In this document: piece after piece, positions 35,893 through 48,400 of the stretch
How positions within the stretch are numbered: position 1 is the first letter of the stretch
Layout: each line of letters starts with the position of its first letter
Source of the DNA: Phoronis australis
Taxonomy: Eukaryota; Animalia; Phoronida
Length of the DNA: 64,000 nt
Direction: 5' to 3'
Assembly (NCBI GenBank): GCA_002633005.1
Contig: NMRA01000225.1
Coordinates: forward strand, 179,297 to 243,296
Program-made: the position numbers and the translations under genes
Notes under the pieces: model-generated
What the model saw: the letters and a program-made list of their open reading frames with translations, nothing else
The model's database searches: none
Told to the model about the DNA's origin: nothing

Positions 35893-37776
35893 AGGAGCAT
35901 GCCACCCAAAAACAACCTAATTTGTATCAATTTAGATCGAGTAGTTCTACTCCATAACGGCACGCGCGGTTGCGTTACCTGACACCTGACGGCAGACTGA
36001 GGTTTTAAAATTATCCAATGACGTAATTGGTTTCACACGCAGTCTGTTCAGCAGATCACAACACGGGTTACTGGTGTCAGCTTATCGCTTGAATTCATCG
36101 TTTTACACCAATAAATCATCAAACTTCGATGTAAAACTCTTAAAAATACACCGAGTTCTTATAAAAACGTGTTGATTTATTTCGCTGTTACGGATTTATT
36201 GGTATTTGGACACGGCCGTACCCTACAACGGCTCGGCATTCCAATGAGGTCCGTAGCAGGAGTTTGGGGTCTTTTGGAGATAAGTTCGAAGTATTTTTCC
36301 GTGAGATACAGACAGGAGAACCTAGTCTGTGTTGTTTAGAATTGTGATTTTTTGAGTTCTAAACACGCAAAACGCTCGTTATCCTGGCCAGTGGCTCGGA
36401 GCCCGGTCAGGCCCGTCGCGGCCAGCCGGATTGACTCGTTATCCAGACCAGTGGCTCGGAAACTGATCAGACATCACGAACATAAACCAGCCAAAGTTGG
36501 AAACTAAACTTCTAGTCAGGAAACTACTATACTAGTGAGCCAAAGTAATGTGCACGTGATTATGTTGGTGAATTAGCCACGAAACTGCAAATCTACTTAC
36601 TCGTCGGGGCCGCGAATTCAGGTTTCCGCTTTGTCCACAGCACCGTCAGCATGCGCACACCCAGCCTTCAATATGGGGGTGCTCGAATTTCTGACGTTGT
36701 GGACCTTTTGGTAACAAAAAAGCGGGTGAGCTAAAGAAACGGGGGCACCACTGTGAATTGCGCGATTGTGCTTATTTAGAGGACTTTAGTCTCATTTTCT
36801 CAGACTTTGTGTTTCCCAGAGGCGGACCTTTTTGCCCACTTCGTCACTTTGCCCTAGCTCGTTCGAGCCCCCGAGCTCCCCCTGGGTGCGCACATGGTCA
36901 GGGCAGAAGCTGTACACTGACAATCATTATTTGAGTAATGTAAATATAAATAAAGATTCCCCTAACACCTGGCCGTGGGATGGAAATCGAGTTGTTTCAC
37001 AACAGTTTCTGCTATCTAACACTAAATTAGCATGTGCTCACACGGCCTCGGTGTCCCGTCAATTAGTTTTATTGCACTTGAAGCCGGTAACGCAGTGATT
37101 TATTCATTGCTGGCTTCTCAAATCATGTTTGCACTCAGGAACACTCTAAAGGCATTACAAATTGCATCTAATGAGACAGACTTTGTTTCAGTTTTATATA
37201 AGTATTGGTTAGGGTGATAATAATTCATTTTGAAAAAGAACGCTCAGTAATAATCGTCAACATGGCAACTCGCAATCCCACGCGCTTAGACGAGAGCTCA
37301 TCAGTCCCTACGAAGGTCGGACTTCGCAGGTGGATCGTTAGGTTTCACAGGCTATCAGTTCGAACAGGAATACAGTGATGAAGAAATACTAAAGAGGCGC
37401 CGTGAACAAGCTCAGACAACGGAACGTTATTTGGCAAGCTGGGATTCGTCAGGCACTCACACGGCTGTCGACCACTGCAGGCCACAGACAAGATGTTCCA
37501 CGGCCTCAAACTTGCTATTTACAGCGTAATTTTCATTCTTCACTACTGCGATCCACTTCCTAAACATTTCGGACTCTCGACGAAGTCGAAAAAACGATAT
37601 TCCCGCTTTCCTCGCAGCTGCATACCTCGCACAAGCGGGAACGATGCACCGCAACATAGCGGCATTCACTCTGCAGATGAACCACTGACGTCGCTAGCGT
37701 CGTTTCTCACCTTCCTCACAGGTTAACGCCACACCTCTTCGCAACAAAGACTAATTGAATCGGGTGGCATTCTCCT
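35893..37776. mobile_element. Internally deleted Kolobok element (third family)
   Basis: TTAA|AGGAGCATGCCACCC...GGGTGGCATTCTCCT|TTTA. + strand KolX-like stub GYQFEQEYSDEEILKRR (~37262-37440). Convergent - strand THAP MLRCIVPAC...FFRL...FRKWIAVVK...HLVCGLQW (37457-37657). Confidence 0.8.
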
Positions 37777-39579
37777 TTTATCCAAGTTTTTCAGTGGTCC
37801 ATAGGCGGTGCACTACAGGGGGCTGAGGGGGCTTTAGCCCCCACTTTTTTCAGTGCTGCGCCCTATATACACCTCCGACATAACACTGCCAACTACTCAC
37901 GAGGGGAAGTTGAGATTTCAAATTCATCAAAAACACAAAACATTCGTGCACAGCACAGAAGCTGTCTTGTAAGAAATGGCGATGCGTCACTGAACTTAGT
38001 TGAAGGCTGAAGGACGGACTTGCAAAAATTCGAACCATCATCAGACCACCATATCGCTAAGAAGGACTCTAAACGATAACAGTGATATTCATGAATGTAT
38101 TGAATTAAAAACTAGACTAAAGAAATTCAAAAATTTACAAACCATAGATCGGATCGAAAAAGAAGTTCAAGTTATTGCTCGTAAATTTGGAAAGATTGTC
38201 TTTGCATTTCCTTGATGCTTGTAGTTCCCAGTAGTATTGTGCAATGAATTTAGGTTCTTCTAAACCGAATCGTTTGCTTGACATTCCCGTGCATACTGCA
38301 AAGGCTGGACACGTCGTGACTCAGTGACGCACCCACGTTAAAAATAAGGTGTTGGCTGCCCGCGTAGAATCCGCGCACAGTGATTGACGGGAAAAGAACT
38401 TGAACTGCAGGAGTTGAAGTGTGTCATGTGCATTTTTGGGACACGCGTTCCATAGCATTTTCCCCAGCCGCCCGGCGGCAGAAGCTGGACCAGTGGCTGT
38501 GTTTCAATAATGAATTTTGATACAGCTCTATAGGCCAAGGATTTCGGGATCATATCTTTCAAAAAAGTCTTCAGGAAATGACCGTATTAAAATAAACTTT
38601 TCCCGAAACTGGGTCAAACAAAACGACCTTGGAGCCAGAACACGGGTATAGGTTCGAGTTAAGCGGCACATCTCAAATGAATCATAGCGGAGCTGACCAG
38701 CGATTAGCATTAGTTCGTCGAATTGCGCATGCATGGATCGGACTTCCCGGCGACTCGGACGCCACGACACCTGCCACCGTGGCGGGAGCAGCTAATTTCT
38801 TGACTAACACCTGCTTCTAAATCTGGATTTAAGCAAAATGCCACGCTTACACATATGCAAGCGTATCCAAATACAATTAAATGTATTTTCATGTGAAACC
38901 ATTCAATGTTCTTTGAACATTGACTTGTGCGAGTTCTTAATTTTCTTAGATCTGCCCAATCAGGTAGAACTGCGTTTCAAGTCATTCATTCTATAGGCAC
39001 CGGAGGATTCAAATTGGAAGTTCGCGTCGTATGACATCGTATGACGTCATATGACGTAGGAGATGCGAGCCTCATTTGCATATATAAGTGACATCTGTTG
39101 GTTCAAAAAAGAGGATCATGCCCGAGTACATGCCTGGGAAGAGGCATCTTTTCAAGGGTAAAACAAGTCATGTTCAAAGCATCCTAGTGCCATTAATATG
39201 CAGTCTTTGGGGACTAAAGTGGTGTCCTTTTATAGCTAAAGAGTTAAGCTTTCAAACACAATGCTTGGATTCCAGACGACTTCAACATTTACTTTTGAAA
39301 TCCCTTTTGAATATCCGTTAAAATGCGCTAAAACAGTTGTCCCTTCCTGGTTATCTCTTCCTGGTCGAACCATTTTTTTCGGTTTTATTTTTTTCTCGTT
39401 TTGAAAAAGTACTTTGCTATCATCGGAAAGGTAGTGCATTCTACTCAGTAAAAATCGAAAAGGTATCAAAATAGGGGCAAGCAGTGTAAAGTTATTACAA
39501 GTTTTGTGGCGAAGAGAAATTTGGGTCACTTTGTTTGGATCGCGTCGGCCATATTGGAGGACAGAGGGATAAGTTTTTT

Positions 39580-41060
39580 TCACTGTGATATATATTTATT
39601 GAAGGATACACAGAACATACAAAGAAATAATAACAAACCCAGAAACCGCGAAGCATTATATCTGGGTTGTAAACAATTCATAAATGAAACTTATATACAT
39701 AGAGGTATATACAATTAAGTAGTATCTATAATAAGTATTCCAATACTTAGACATGCTATTACAGATATATAAAAACAAAAATATTTACAGATTCATGTAG
39801 GGAAATCAGATGCAACAATATTGATAAACGGTACATAAAAATTTGCTAACGTTGCTTAGGAGGAATTCGTTGAGAACAAAATCAAGGTTAGGACTACCAT
39901 TCAGTAATAATGTAACTCTAGTGGGGATATTATTACAAGAATTGAGAGCGTCAACAATTGATTGGTTATCATTGAGTGCACGAAAGAGTGAGTCTCTCAG
40001 GGATTCGATGAGGGGACATTTGAAGAAAATATGAGGATAAGATTGATGGTCACCACATTTACAGTTTGGAGAGACATTACTAAAGTTGTGCCTGAACTTG
40101 TCAGAGTTGAGGAAAAGGCCACATCTTGATCTGTACAATGCTATTTCGTTATCGCGGGTAAGGGAGAATTGAGTCAAGGGTGTTGAGTTATCAAAATTAT
40201 GAAAAACAGTTCTAAAATTATTTTTTNNNNNNNNNNNNNNNNNNNNNNNNNNNNNNNNNNNNNNNNNNNNNNNNNNNNNNNNNNNNNNNNNNNNNNNNNN
40301 NNNNNNNNNNNNNNNNNNNNNNNNNNNNNNNNNNNNNNNNNNNNNNNNNNNNNNNNNNNNNNNNNNNNNNNNNNNNNNNNNNNNNNNNNNNNNNNNNNNN
40401 NNNNNNNNNNNNNNNNNNNNNNNNNNNNNNNNNNNNNNNNNNNNNNNNNNNNNNNNNNNNNTTTAAAATTCATTCTCCATTCTTGTGACCAATAGCTTAG
40501 TTTATTTAAGTCGTGTTGAAGCTGCAAAGAACATTCAGGGCTGCTCCCTGCGAAGGGGTAAAAAAGCGCCGTGTCATCTGCATAAAGGTATGTGCTACAT
40601 GACAGGTTATCAGGAAGGTCATTAATATAAACCAAGAAGAGAAGAGGGCCCAATACGCTACCCTGCGGTACACCTGCGTTTACAAATCCAGGATGGGATA
40701 AAATTGAAAGTACGCCATCGACACGAACACTGTATGTTCTTTCGGAGAGATATGAGGTGATCATGTTTAAAAGATTACCAGTAATGCCATAGGATCGAAG
40801 TTTGTGAAGTAGAAGGTCGTGAGGGACACAGTCGAAAGCAGAAGCTATATCTAGAAAAATGGACCTGACACTCTCTCCCTTCTCAAAATGTAAATGAATC
40901 TCATGTACTATTTCAACAAGTTGTGCCACGGTGCTGTTCCCACGCAAAAAAACAAATTGACGATGATAGATCAAGTTGTTTTGTTTGAGAAATGTAAGAA
41001 TACTTTGAGCAGCGGGATAAGTTACGAGTTCGAAAATGTGTGTAAATTGTTTTCGCAAAC
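39580..41060 (-). mobile_element. 5'-truncated CR1-clade LINE (RT, C-terminal Cys/His region, 3' UTR)
   Basis: FLDIASAFDCVPHDLLLHKL, GVPQGSVLGPLLFLVYINDL, LYADDT; SPNCKCG...HIFFKCP. AATAAA on the minus strand at ~39595-39600. Contains gap 40227-40461. Confidence 0.9.
40227..40461. other. Assembly gap (N run)
   Basis: Ns in sequence. Confidence 1.
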
Positions 41061-42799
41061 AAATTACGGTGAACTTTAGTTAGACATATCTTTACTTACT
41101 ATTCTGCACGATTTGTGAAGATTTAACGTTGATACATTTTGACAAACGTTGCTAAAAAAAAACTTTGTTCAATTTTCCTGTTTTTTTGTGCAAAAATATA
41201 AGATGTATTCGAATTATTTTACTGTAAATTTCCCATTCACGTGATCTTACACTAAGCTAAAAAATAGCTGAAATAATTTTGAAATGTTTTTTTTTTGTTT
41301 GACTGATGTCAACTGCTGTTCAGGACTTGATTCGGTGTCACAAAATGATTCATATTTTTCTAAATTTTAAGTCTCAGTTGCTTTCAAGTCATGTTTTGTA
41401 ACTTATTGCTTCTTAATTCAGGTTATCAAGTCAACAATACGAATAATCTTAATTTGAGAAATAAGCTATGTTGGATTGTGAAGCTTCAAGCCTCTAATTC
41501 TTGTTCCTTGCAACTTCATATTTTTTTAAATGATGCTTGTCAAATTCTGGTGTAAGGAAACACTATTCCGTCACCATGGTAATAGTTACATGTATGTCCA
41601 ATTTCATATCATGGAAACTTGCTGTTGAATAGTGTTTGTAATGCTAAATGTTGTAAAGTATTGTACATTTTAAGTTACGTATTATGTTAAAAGTTTGAAT
41701 CATTTTGGGTTAATGAATAATAATGATAACATTTTGTATTGGACTTCTCATACTTATATGCTCTAACGAGCTCCCTTTTTGGAGAACTGGAAAAAGGTCT
41801 GCTTCAGTCAGAGAAGCCTGAATTCCGAAAAAAGTAGAAAATGAGACAAAATTCCACTAGAAGACAGGAAGTACCAAAAATTTAGCGTCTACAATTTATA
41901 CATTGTAGCTCTGAACATACCCACTGAATCTTAGCCCCCCATTCTTTTAGGCTTGGTGCGCTCATACAAAGTCTGGGAATATCTCTATTGAAAGCCAATA
42001 ACTTTGCACAGTTCGCCAGAAGTACCCAAGTTCTAAATAAACCTCGTTTGAGCGAGCGCTGCGGCCAGCGACCAGTTAGGCCTAAGGGAAGCCTTGGCGC
42101 AAAGCTGTATACATGTAGGCCTACTGACGAGCTGTATTTTGACGATAGTCTTTACTGGTAGCTGGCACTGGGGCTAACTAAGGTTTGCCGCGGCAGTGTG
42201 ACACAGGACTAACCAGCCCGTAATTTCATGCAAGTGTCTGAAACTACCCTTGAATATATGCAGCATTTATGATTTGACCATTTTACTTCCGTATCGACAA
42301 AACAGCTTGCAACCGCATGCGTTTACCGTTCGCCAGTGTCTGTGGTCTCGATCGGCACCGGGTCCGATAGGCTGCGGTCCCGAGTCTGGCAAAATAATTT
42401 CTGTCCAAATTTATTCGCCACATTTCTTCAGCAAATTCGATAAAATTGTCCGTATTTTGATTTTCTTAAAATTAAGGCGCGCTGTCGATTATTTTATCCC
42501 CGTTTGCAAGCTGGTAACAGGCACTCACACTTACGGCGTTTTCTTAGCCTGGGTTCCTGAATGAAGTGTACTTCCGGGTTCGCGGCAAGTTCAAAATGGC
42601 GGTGGTTCTTCGGGTGCGAATCGTGAGAGGCGCGTTCATTTAATGTTTTTTCGAGTACGGATCGTGTATTAGTTATGGGGTAGGTACTTCTTGGATCCTT
42701 ATAACATCCTCTAACCATGTAATAAGGGTTAACAACGCGTGAGAGAAGGACTTTAATATAATAAACGTCATTTTCTAGAATTGCTCTCGACCTTTTGAG

Positions 42800-43113
42800 T
42801 TTTCTAACAAAGAAAGTCTGTTGTCTTTTTGAAACAGTACGCTCGTGAAACGCGCACGCGCCGTACTAAAATTTTGCGACTACTTTTGAGGCATGATAAC
42901 AGCTTCGCAGCAGTAAAGTTTGATCTAAATTCGGTTTGTTGGTCTTAAGAATGCTAATAACTTGTGACGAAATGAGACCAGTTCCGACAATTCGTTGTAA
43001 CAGTACGAAACCTCGTAGCAGCAAAGAACAGTTGATAGAAGAATAAACCGGGAGGAAAAGAAACTGTTCAGGTCAGGTGACGTAATCGCCAAACGCCGAC
43101 TCCCAAGAGCGCA
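42800..43113 (-). repeat. Inverted copy of the 19570-19895 repeat
   Basis: Shared TTACGTCACCTGACC, TGTTACAAC.AATT.TCGGAA, CAAACCGAATTT, GCTGCGAAGCTGT.ATCATG and GGCGCGTGCGC blocks. Confidence 0.75.
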
Positions 43114-43440
43114 CGAAGGCAACCTTTTTTCATGTCATTTTGAGCTAAAATAAGGTTGATTGGTTATCCTAGACATATTTTCCACTTACTTACAGCTTTT
43201 CGTAATTTTATTACTCGTCCTCTACTCCGGAAGTGACGTTTTAGGAGGCAAGCGTTTCTCGCCACTTGGTTTTGCGTTGAGTTTACCGTGCGAACCTGTT
43301 CTATTCTACTTTTGTTTTGTGCTGTTTTTCAACAATTGTCGCCACCACTTTCCATCGGCGAGTATTCTGCGGCAAGATAGGTTAGTAGAGAACTCAACTA
43401 CGTTGGATTTAGGGATTGTTTAGTGTGTTGTAAGCTGAAA

Positions 43441-43749
43441 ATGGCTGGAGTCGGTGACCCGTATCACAGTGACAGTAGTGTGAGTGACGGAGACCTTGTT
43501 CACAGCAGCGGTGACGAGGAATTTTTCTCGGACATTCAGTGGGTGGGCACATGTTTGAGCCCGAGTATAACGTGGCAGAGTACGCACAGGCACAGGCAGC
43601 TGTTGAGAGAAACGAGGCGGCTACTGAGGACAGACGTGGTGACACATCTTGGTGCAAATGCACTGTGTGTGTGTTGTTATGCCTACCTCAATGGAATGCT
43701 TGTGCTGTTCAGAGTTCGACGAGGTCAAGCCACGACTGGACACGGTTAA
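43441..43749 (+). pseudogene. KolX-like (P2X7 C-terminal ballast-like) 5' fragment
   Basis: Acidic start MAGVGDPYHSDSS..., HMFEPEY, RRGDTSWCKCTVC/VVMPTSMECLCCSEFDEVK across two frameshifts, then truncated. Confidence 0.75.
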
Positions 43750-44532
43750 GTGGACCTCCGGCATACCACGGGCAGAGGAACAACTGTCCCACTTGCCAGA
43801 GTGTCCCGCGACGCACTCCCACTGGATGGTGACCTGAGCACCCAAACTGCTTACATCGTGTCATGTGACACCCTCGCCACACACCTGGCACCTTCTAAAT
43901 AGCTCCAACACTTTAGAAAAGTCCACAATAAACTGATCAAAGTTTGGCTCACCGATCTGTTCACTGGACGACGAACTGTCCTCTTCACTGGGTGTCGAAC
44001 TGGGCCTGTAATCACTCGCACTACTCATTATCGCTGCAGGGCTGCTTAGAGGCTCTGGGCTGGAGAAAACAGCACAGGGCGAATCACTACTGGTTCCTGG
44101 AATGGCTCCGTGGGGTACGTTCGGAGGCACGGGTGACAGTGGATGAAGTGCCTCCACTGGCTCCAGTCACTGTACTGGCCACAGCTCGCGAGGCTTCTCC
44201 CTTCAAAAACGCACTTCTCGGGGGTGGCGACGGGCACTGTCGGGAATCAACACAGACGGAATGGCATCCTTCTTCAGGCGTTGTTTCGCAGGGACCTTCA
44301 TCAGTTCAGCGTATAAATCCCTTTCGTAATCGGACGGCAGAAAGTGCTTGCCACACACACGGTAATTCTCGACTGCTTTGTACGTTGCGTGGACGGGTAA
44401 CGCTGCGTTCTTCACACGAACGAGCCAAGTACGGCGAAGTTTGTCATCCATCGGAAAGCGATGCTAAGGTACTCCCAAAGCGCGCGTGAGACGATAATTA
44501 GTACATCCCGGTATGCAGCAACAGTGTGGCAT
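43746..44532 (-). pseudogene. Kolobok transposase 5' fragment (THAP plus Cys/His region)
   Basis: MPHCCCIPGCTNY...*HRFPMDDKLRRTW...RVCGKHFLPSDY...LKKDAIPSV (THAP with AVPT-like box). Then FIVDFSKVLELFRRCQVCG...GAQVTIQWECVAGHSGKWDSC. Truncated before any catalytic domain. Confidence 0.8.
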
Positions 44533-44802
44533 GTTGACTGATTAGTAAATGAAAGCAAACGGCGACGTAACTTAACACAACCGAGGTACAACAATGACCG
44601 ACTCGGTATCTCTCACAGTCAGACTATATGAAAAGAAATTGGCGCGAAATGCTTGCCTCCTAAAACGTCACTTCCGGAGTAGCGGACGAGTAATTAACAA
44701 AATTACGAATAGCTGTAATTAAGTGGAAAATATGTCTAGGATAACCAACCAACCTTATTTTAGCTTAAAATGACATGAAAAAAGGTTGCCTTCGCCTTTT
44801 AA

Positions 44803-45416
44803 CAGTAGATGAGCGGTAGGCCTAGAACGATTATTATTCCAACACCGGCAAATAATTTGGTTTACTCAAAGAGCGGTGCAGCTTTTAATGACACTATTTC
44901 TGTGTCAGATTTTATTTAGTCCTTTTTACTCACATCGATGTGAACCTGTAGATTTTGTATACAGCTTTGCACCAAGCCTAAATCATATCTTGCCGATCGG
45001 GAAAGTATGTCGCCAGGCCTTGTCGTGGATACGGATCTATTCCACGCACGGCACACGACGTGATCGGTGGGGAAGTTGTGCAAATGTATCCCATTGCCGC
45101 TGACATTGCTACACCCGCACACCACGCAAAGTCCAGAGATCGACAAGTGCAGATCGTCCAAGACATGGCACTCAGCTGTTACCCAGTGTGGCTCCCCAGT
45201 AAATTCGTGGCCACGATGATGTCATAGGAACCACATTACGCTGATTGGTTGAGATTTTTTCTGGGGCGCTCGAAGGGGCTACGAATTATAAGCGGTATAA
45301 TTTGCGTCGCAATTAATTACTTTCCGTGGTATGTAAGAAGCAAAAACAATATTTTTTTATGAACAATACATGCATTTCTGGTGTCAAAAAGGTGTTTTAG
45401 CCGCTGGACGCTGTCT
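44803..45416 (-). mobile_element. Terminal fragment of another Kolobok-like element with a THAP relic
   Basis: End GACGCTGTCT|TTAA (TTAA at 45417-45420). Minus strand CVVCGCSNVSGNGIHLHNFPTD...RAW...VSTTR. Confidence 0.65.
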
Positions 45417-45420
45417 TTAA

Positions 45421-48400
45421 GCCAACTCAAAATGGAGAAAGTGGAGGTATGAAATACTTTTCTCTTATTCAAAATCAACTTTGCTCTTTTAGAACACAGC
45501 TTAATAGTAGGCAGACCATATGCTGCTTTCACTGGAATAATCTTAGATTTTGGCAAAACGAGAAGTGAGAAATAGTGGGAAAACAGAAAGGACGTTAGAG
45601 GGCAGCATGAAAATGATGTTTGGATATTAACCAATAATCATCCTTGATTAAAACAGTTGAAAAAACAAAATGTCCTAAGAGAATGCTCAGTTCACACCAC
45701 GACACATGACACAAGATCTAATAAGTGTACCACAACTCTAGCCTAAATTTTCCAACATATTAAATGAATGATCTCTCAGTTTTGATGGTTTGTATATGAA
45801 TAGCCAAACAGATTAAAAGATTGACACTTTTATTGTCACGATGAAGAAGCTTGGCCCCATTAAACCCGTTGGTGTTGTCAAGTAAACTCTAACGATTGTC
45901 AGGTGTTTTACACTGTACCTTGGGATGAGCACTCGAATTTTGCATCATACGCTAGCTGAACTCCAGAGAGTAGTCACCAATACCCTGTGTACTCATTCTA
46001 TCAACATTGAACACAATACTTAGATTACTATTAGTTTTTATGCTTAATTTTTATTCAATCACAATAACTTTTTGCCCATTGGATTTCCGTTTGTGTGGAG
46101 ACTCAAATTTCACGTATAACAATACTTCCTGAAAAACTAAATTATGGTTTGCTGATGTTAAGACATCTAAAACTGGAAATGGTGGAGGTATGTTGATATT
46201 TTTTAACTTAAATTTAACTCTGTTCACTGAAGATGTAACTTAATAGTAGGCAGACCATAGGGCGCTTTCATTAGAATAATTTATATATTTTTGTCAAGTT
46301 TGAATCATGAAATGGAAATCAAAAAGTACGCTATAGTGCAGCATGGAAATGATATTTGGATATTAATGAAAAATCGTCCGCGGTTAAAATAGTAGATAGA
46401 AAACATAATATGATAACATAATGTTCACTTCACATCACAATACATGGCACAACTAAAAACTTTGCCAGAACTCTAGCCTGTTCCTATTCAGTCACATCCC
46501 AGCATTGAGGGCCTGTATTTAGTTATCGTGATCAAGAACCTTCACCCGGGAAAACTCTTTAGTGTGAAAATGTGAACTATAACAATTGAAGTGAGTTTTA
46601 CCCTCACATGACCACTCAAATTTTGCATCATAGACTGGCTGAAAACAAGAAAGATGTCAACAATACATAGTGTACCCATTATGTCAACACTGGGCTGACT
46701 AGATTAAATTTTCATGTTTTATTTTTACTCACTCGGAGTTACTTATGTAGTTTCATTTGTGTGGAGATCCACTTTCAGGTGTAGATAAGAATGCTTTCTG
46801 TAAACCTAAATTATGGTTTGCAGGTACCACTAAACCAACTGGAAATTGAGAAGGTGGAGATATGAAATATTTTTCTCTGTTTTACAGTTGCTCTTTAAGA
46901 GCAGAGCTTAATGGAGGGCAGACATTGTGCTGCTTTCACGGGAATAATCTTAGATTTTGGCCAAATGAGAAGCAACAAATAGTGGAAAACAAAAATGACG
47001 CTAGAGTGCAGGATGAAAATGATAGTCGAATATCAATCAATAATCATCTCATCGTAAAATAGTAGACAGAAAAAATAATGTCATAACATAATGTTCACTT
47101 CACATCATAATGCATGGTAAAACTAACAACTGTCCACAACTCTAGTCTGTATGCATAAACATGCCTAATGAGTCACATCTCAGCATTGAGGGCCTGTTAG
47201 TGATTATTGTGATCAAGAACATGCTCTCGAGGAAACATTTTAGTATGAGCAGGTGAACTATAACGGTTGTCGTGAATTTTACCACAACACCAGCCTAAAT
47301 CTTCCAACATGAATGAGTCATTTCTCCGTTTTGATGGCTTGTATGTGAATTGCCTCACAGATTAAGAGATATGCACTTTTATTATCATGGTGAAGAAACT
47401 TGACCTCATTAAACCCTTTTGTGTTGTCAGGCGAAGTGGAACGATAGTCGTGACTGTGTTTTACACTGTGCCTTGGCGTGACCACTCGGATTTTGCATCA
47501 TACGCTAGCTGAACTCCAACAAAATGTCAATACCTTGTGTACTAGTTTCTGTGTTTCATTTTTATTTACCCACAATAACGTTTGCCACTTGGGTTTCCAT
47601 TTGTGTGGAGACTCAACTTTCACATATAAGAATGCTTCCTGAAAAACTAAATTTCGGTTTGCAGACACCTTTAAGACAACTGAAAGTAGAGATGGTGGAG
47701 GTATGTTGATATTTTTTAACTGAAAATTAACACTGAAGATGTATTTTAATAGTAGGTAGCACTGTTATATTTATCTCAAGTTTGAATCAAGAAATGAAAA
47801 TCAAAAAGTACATTAGAATGCGACGTGGAAATGATGTTTGAATATTAATGAAAAACCGTCCTCAGTTAAAATAGAAAGAAAACATAATATTATAACATAA
47901 TGTTCACTTCACATCATAATGCATGGTACAACTAAAAACTCTGCCATAGCTCTGGGGCCTGTTCCAAGAAACTGACTTAAGTTCATTTTTGACTTAAGTT
48001 TAAGATTTGTCTTAACTTCCAAACTTTGAAACCTCCACAGTCGGCAAGTTAATCAAAATTAAGATAAAACTTATGTCAAATGCTTAAGTCAAACTTAAGA
48101 TCTCTTTCTTGAATCGTTATTGAGACAAATTTAACTTTTATTGTAAAATTTATTAAAATTTAAGATTTGTCTTAGCTAAGTCAGTTTTGTTGGAACGGGT
48201 CCCTAGTCTGTATGCATAAACATGCCTATTGAGTCACACCGCAGCATTGATGGCCTGTAAGTGATTATTGTGAACAAGAACATGCTCCCGAGGAAACTCT
48301 TTAGTATGAGCAAGTGAACTATAACGGTTGTCGTGAGTTTTACCGTGACATGACCACTCAAATTTTGCATCATATACTGGCTGAAAACAAGAAAGATGCC

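Larger units (their letters stand above)
43114..44797. mobile_element. Kolobok non-autonomous element (same family as 10464-11856)
   Basis: TIRs of ~155 bp. Right end CCTTCGCCT followed by TTTAA. Left end lacks the first AGG and the TTAA. Convergent KolX and THAP-transposase stubs inside. Confidence 0.88.

Noticed and set aside
36375-36471. Two copies of CTCGTTATCC...CCAGTGGCTCGGA about 60 bp apart
   Set aside because: A simple local duplication inside a Kolobok element, with no further copies.
43441-44532. Host P2X7-like and THAP-domain genes
   Set aside because: Both are truncated and disrupted, and both are enclosed by Kolobok TIRs.
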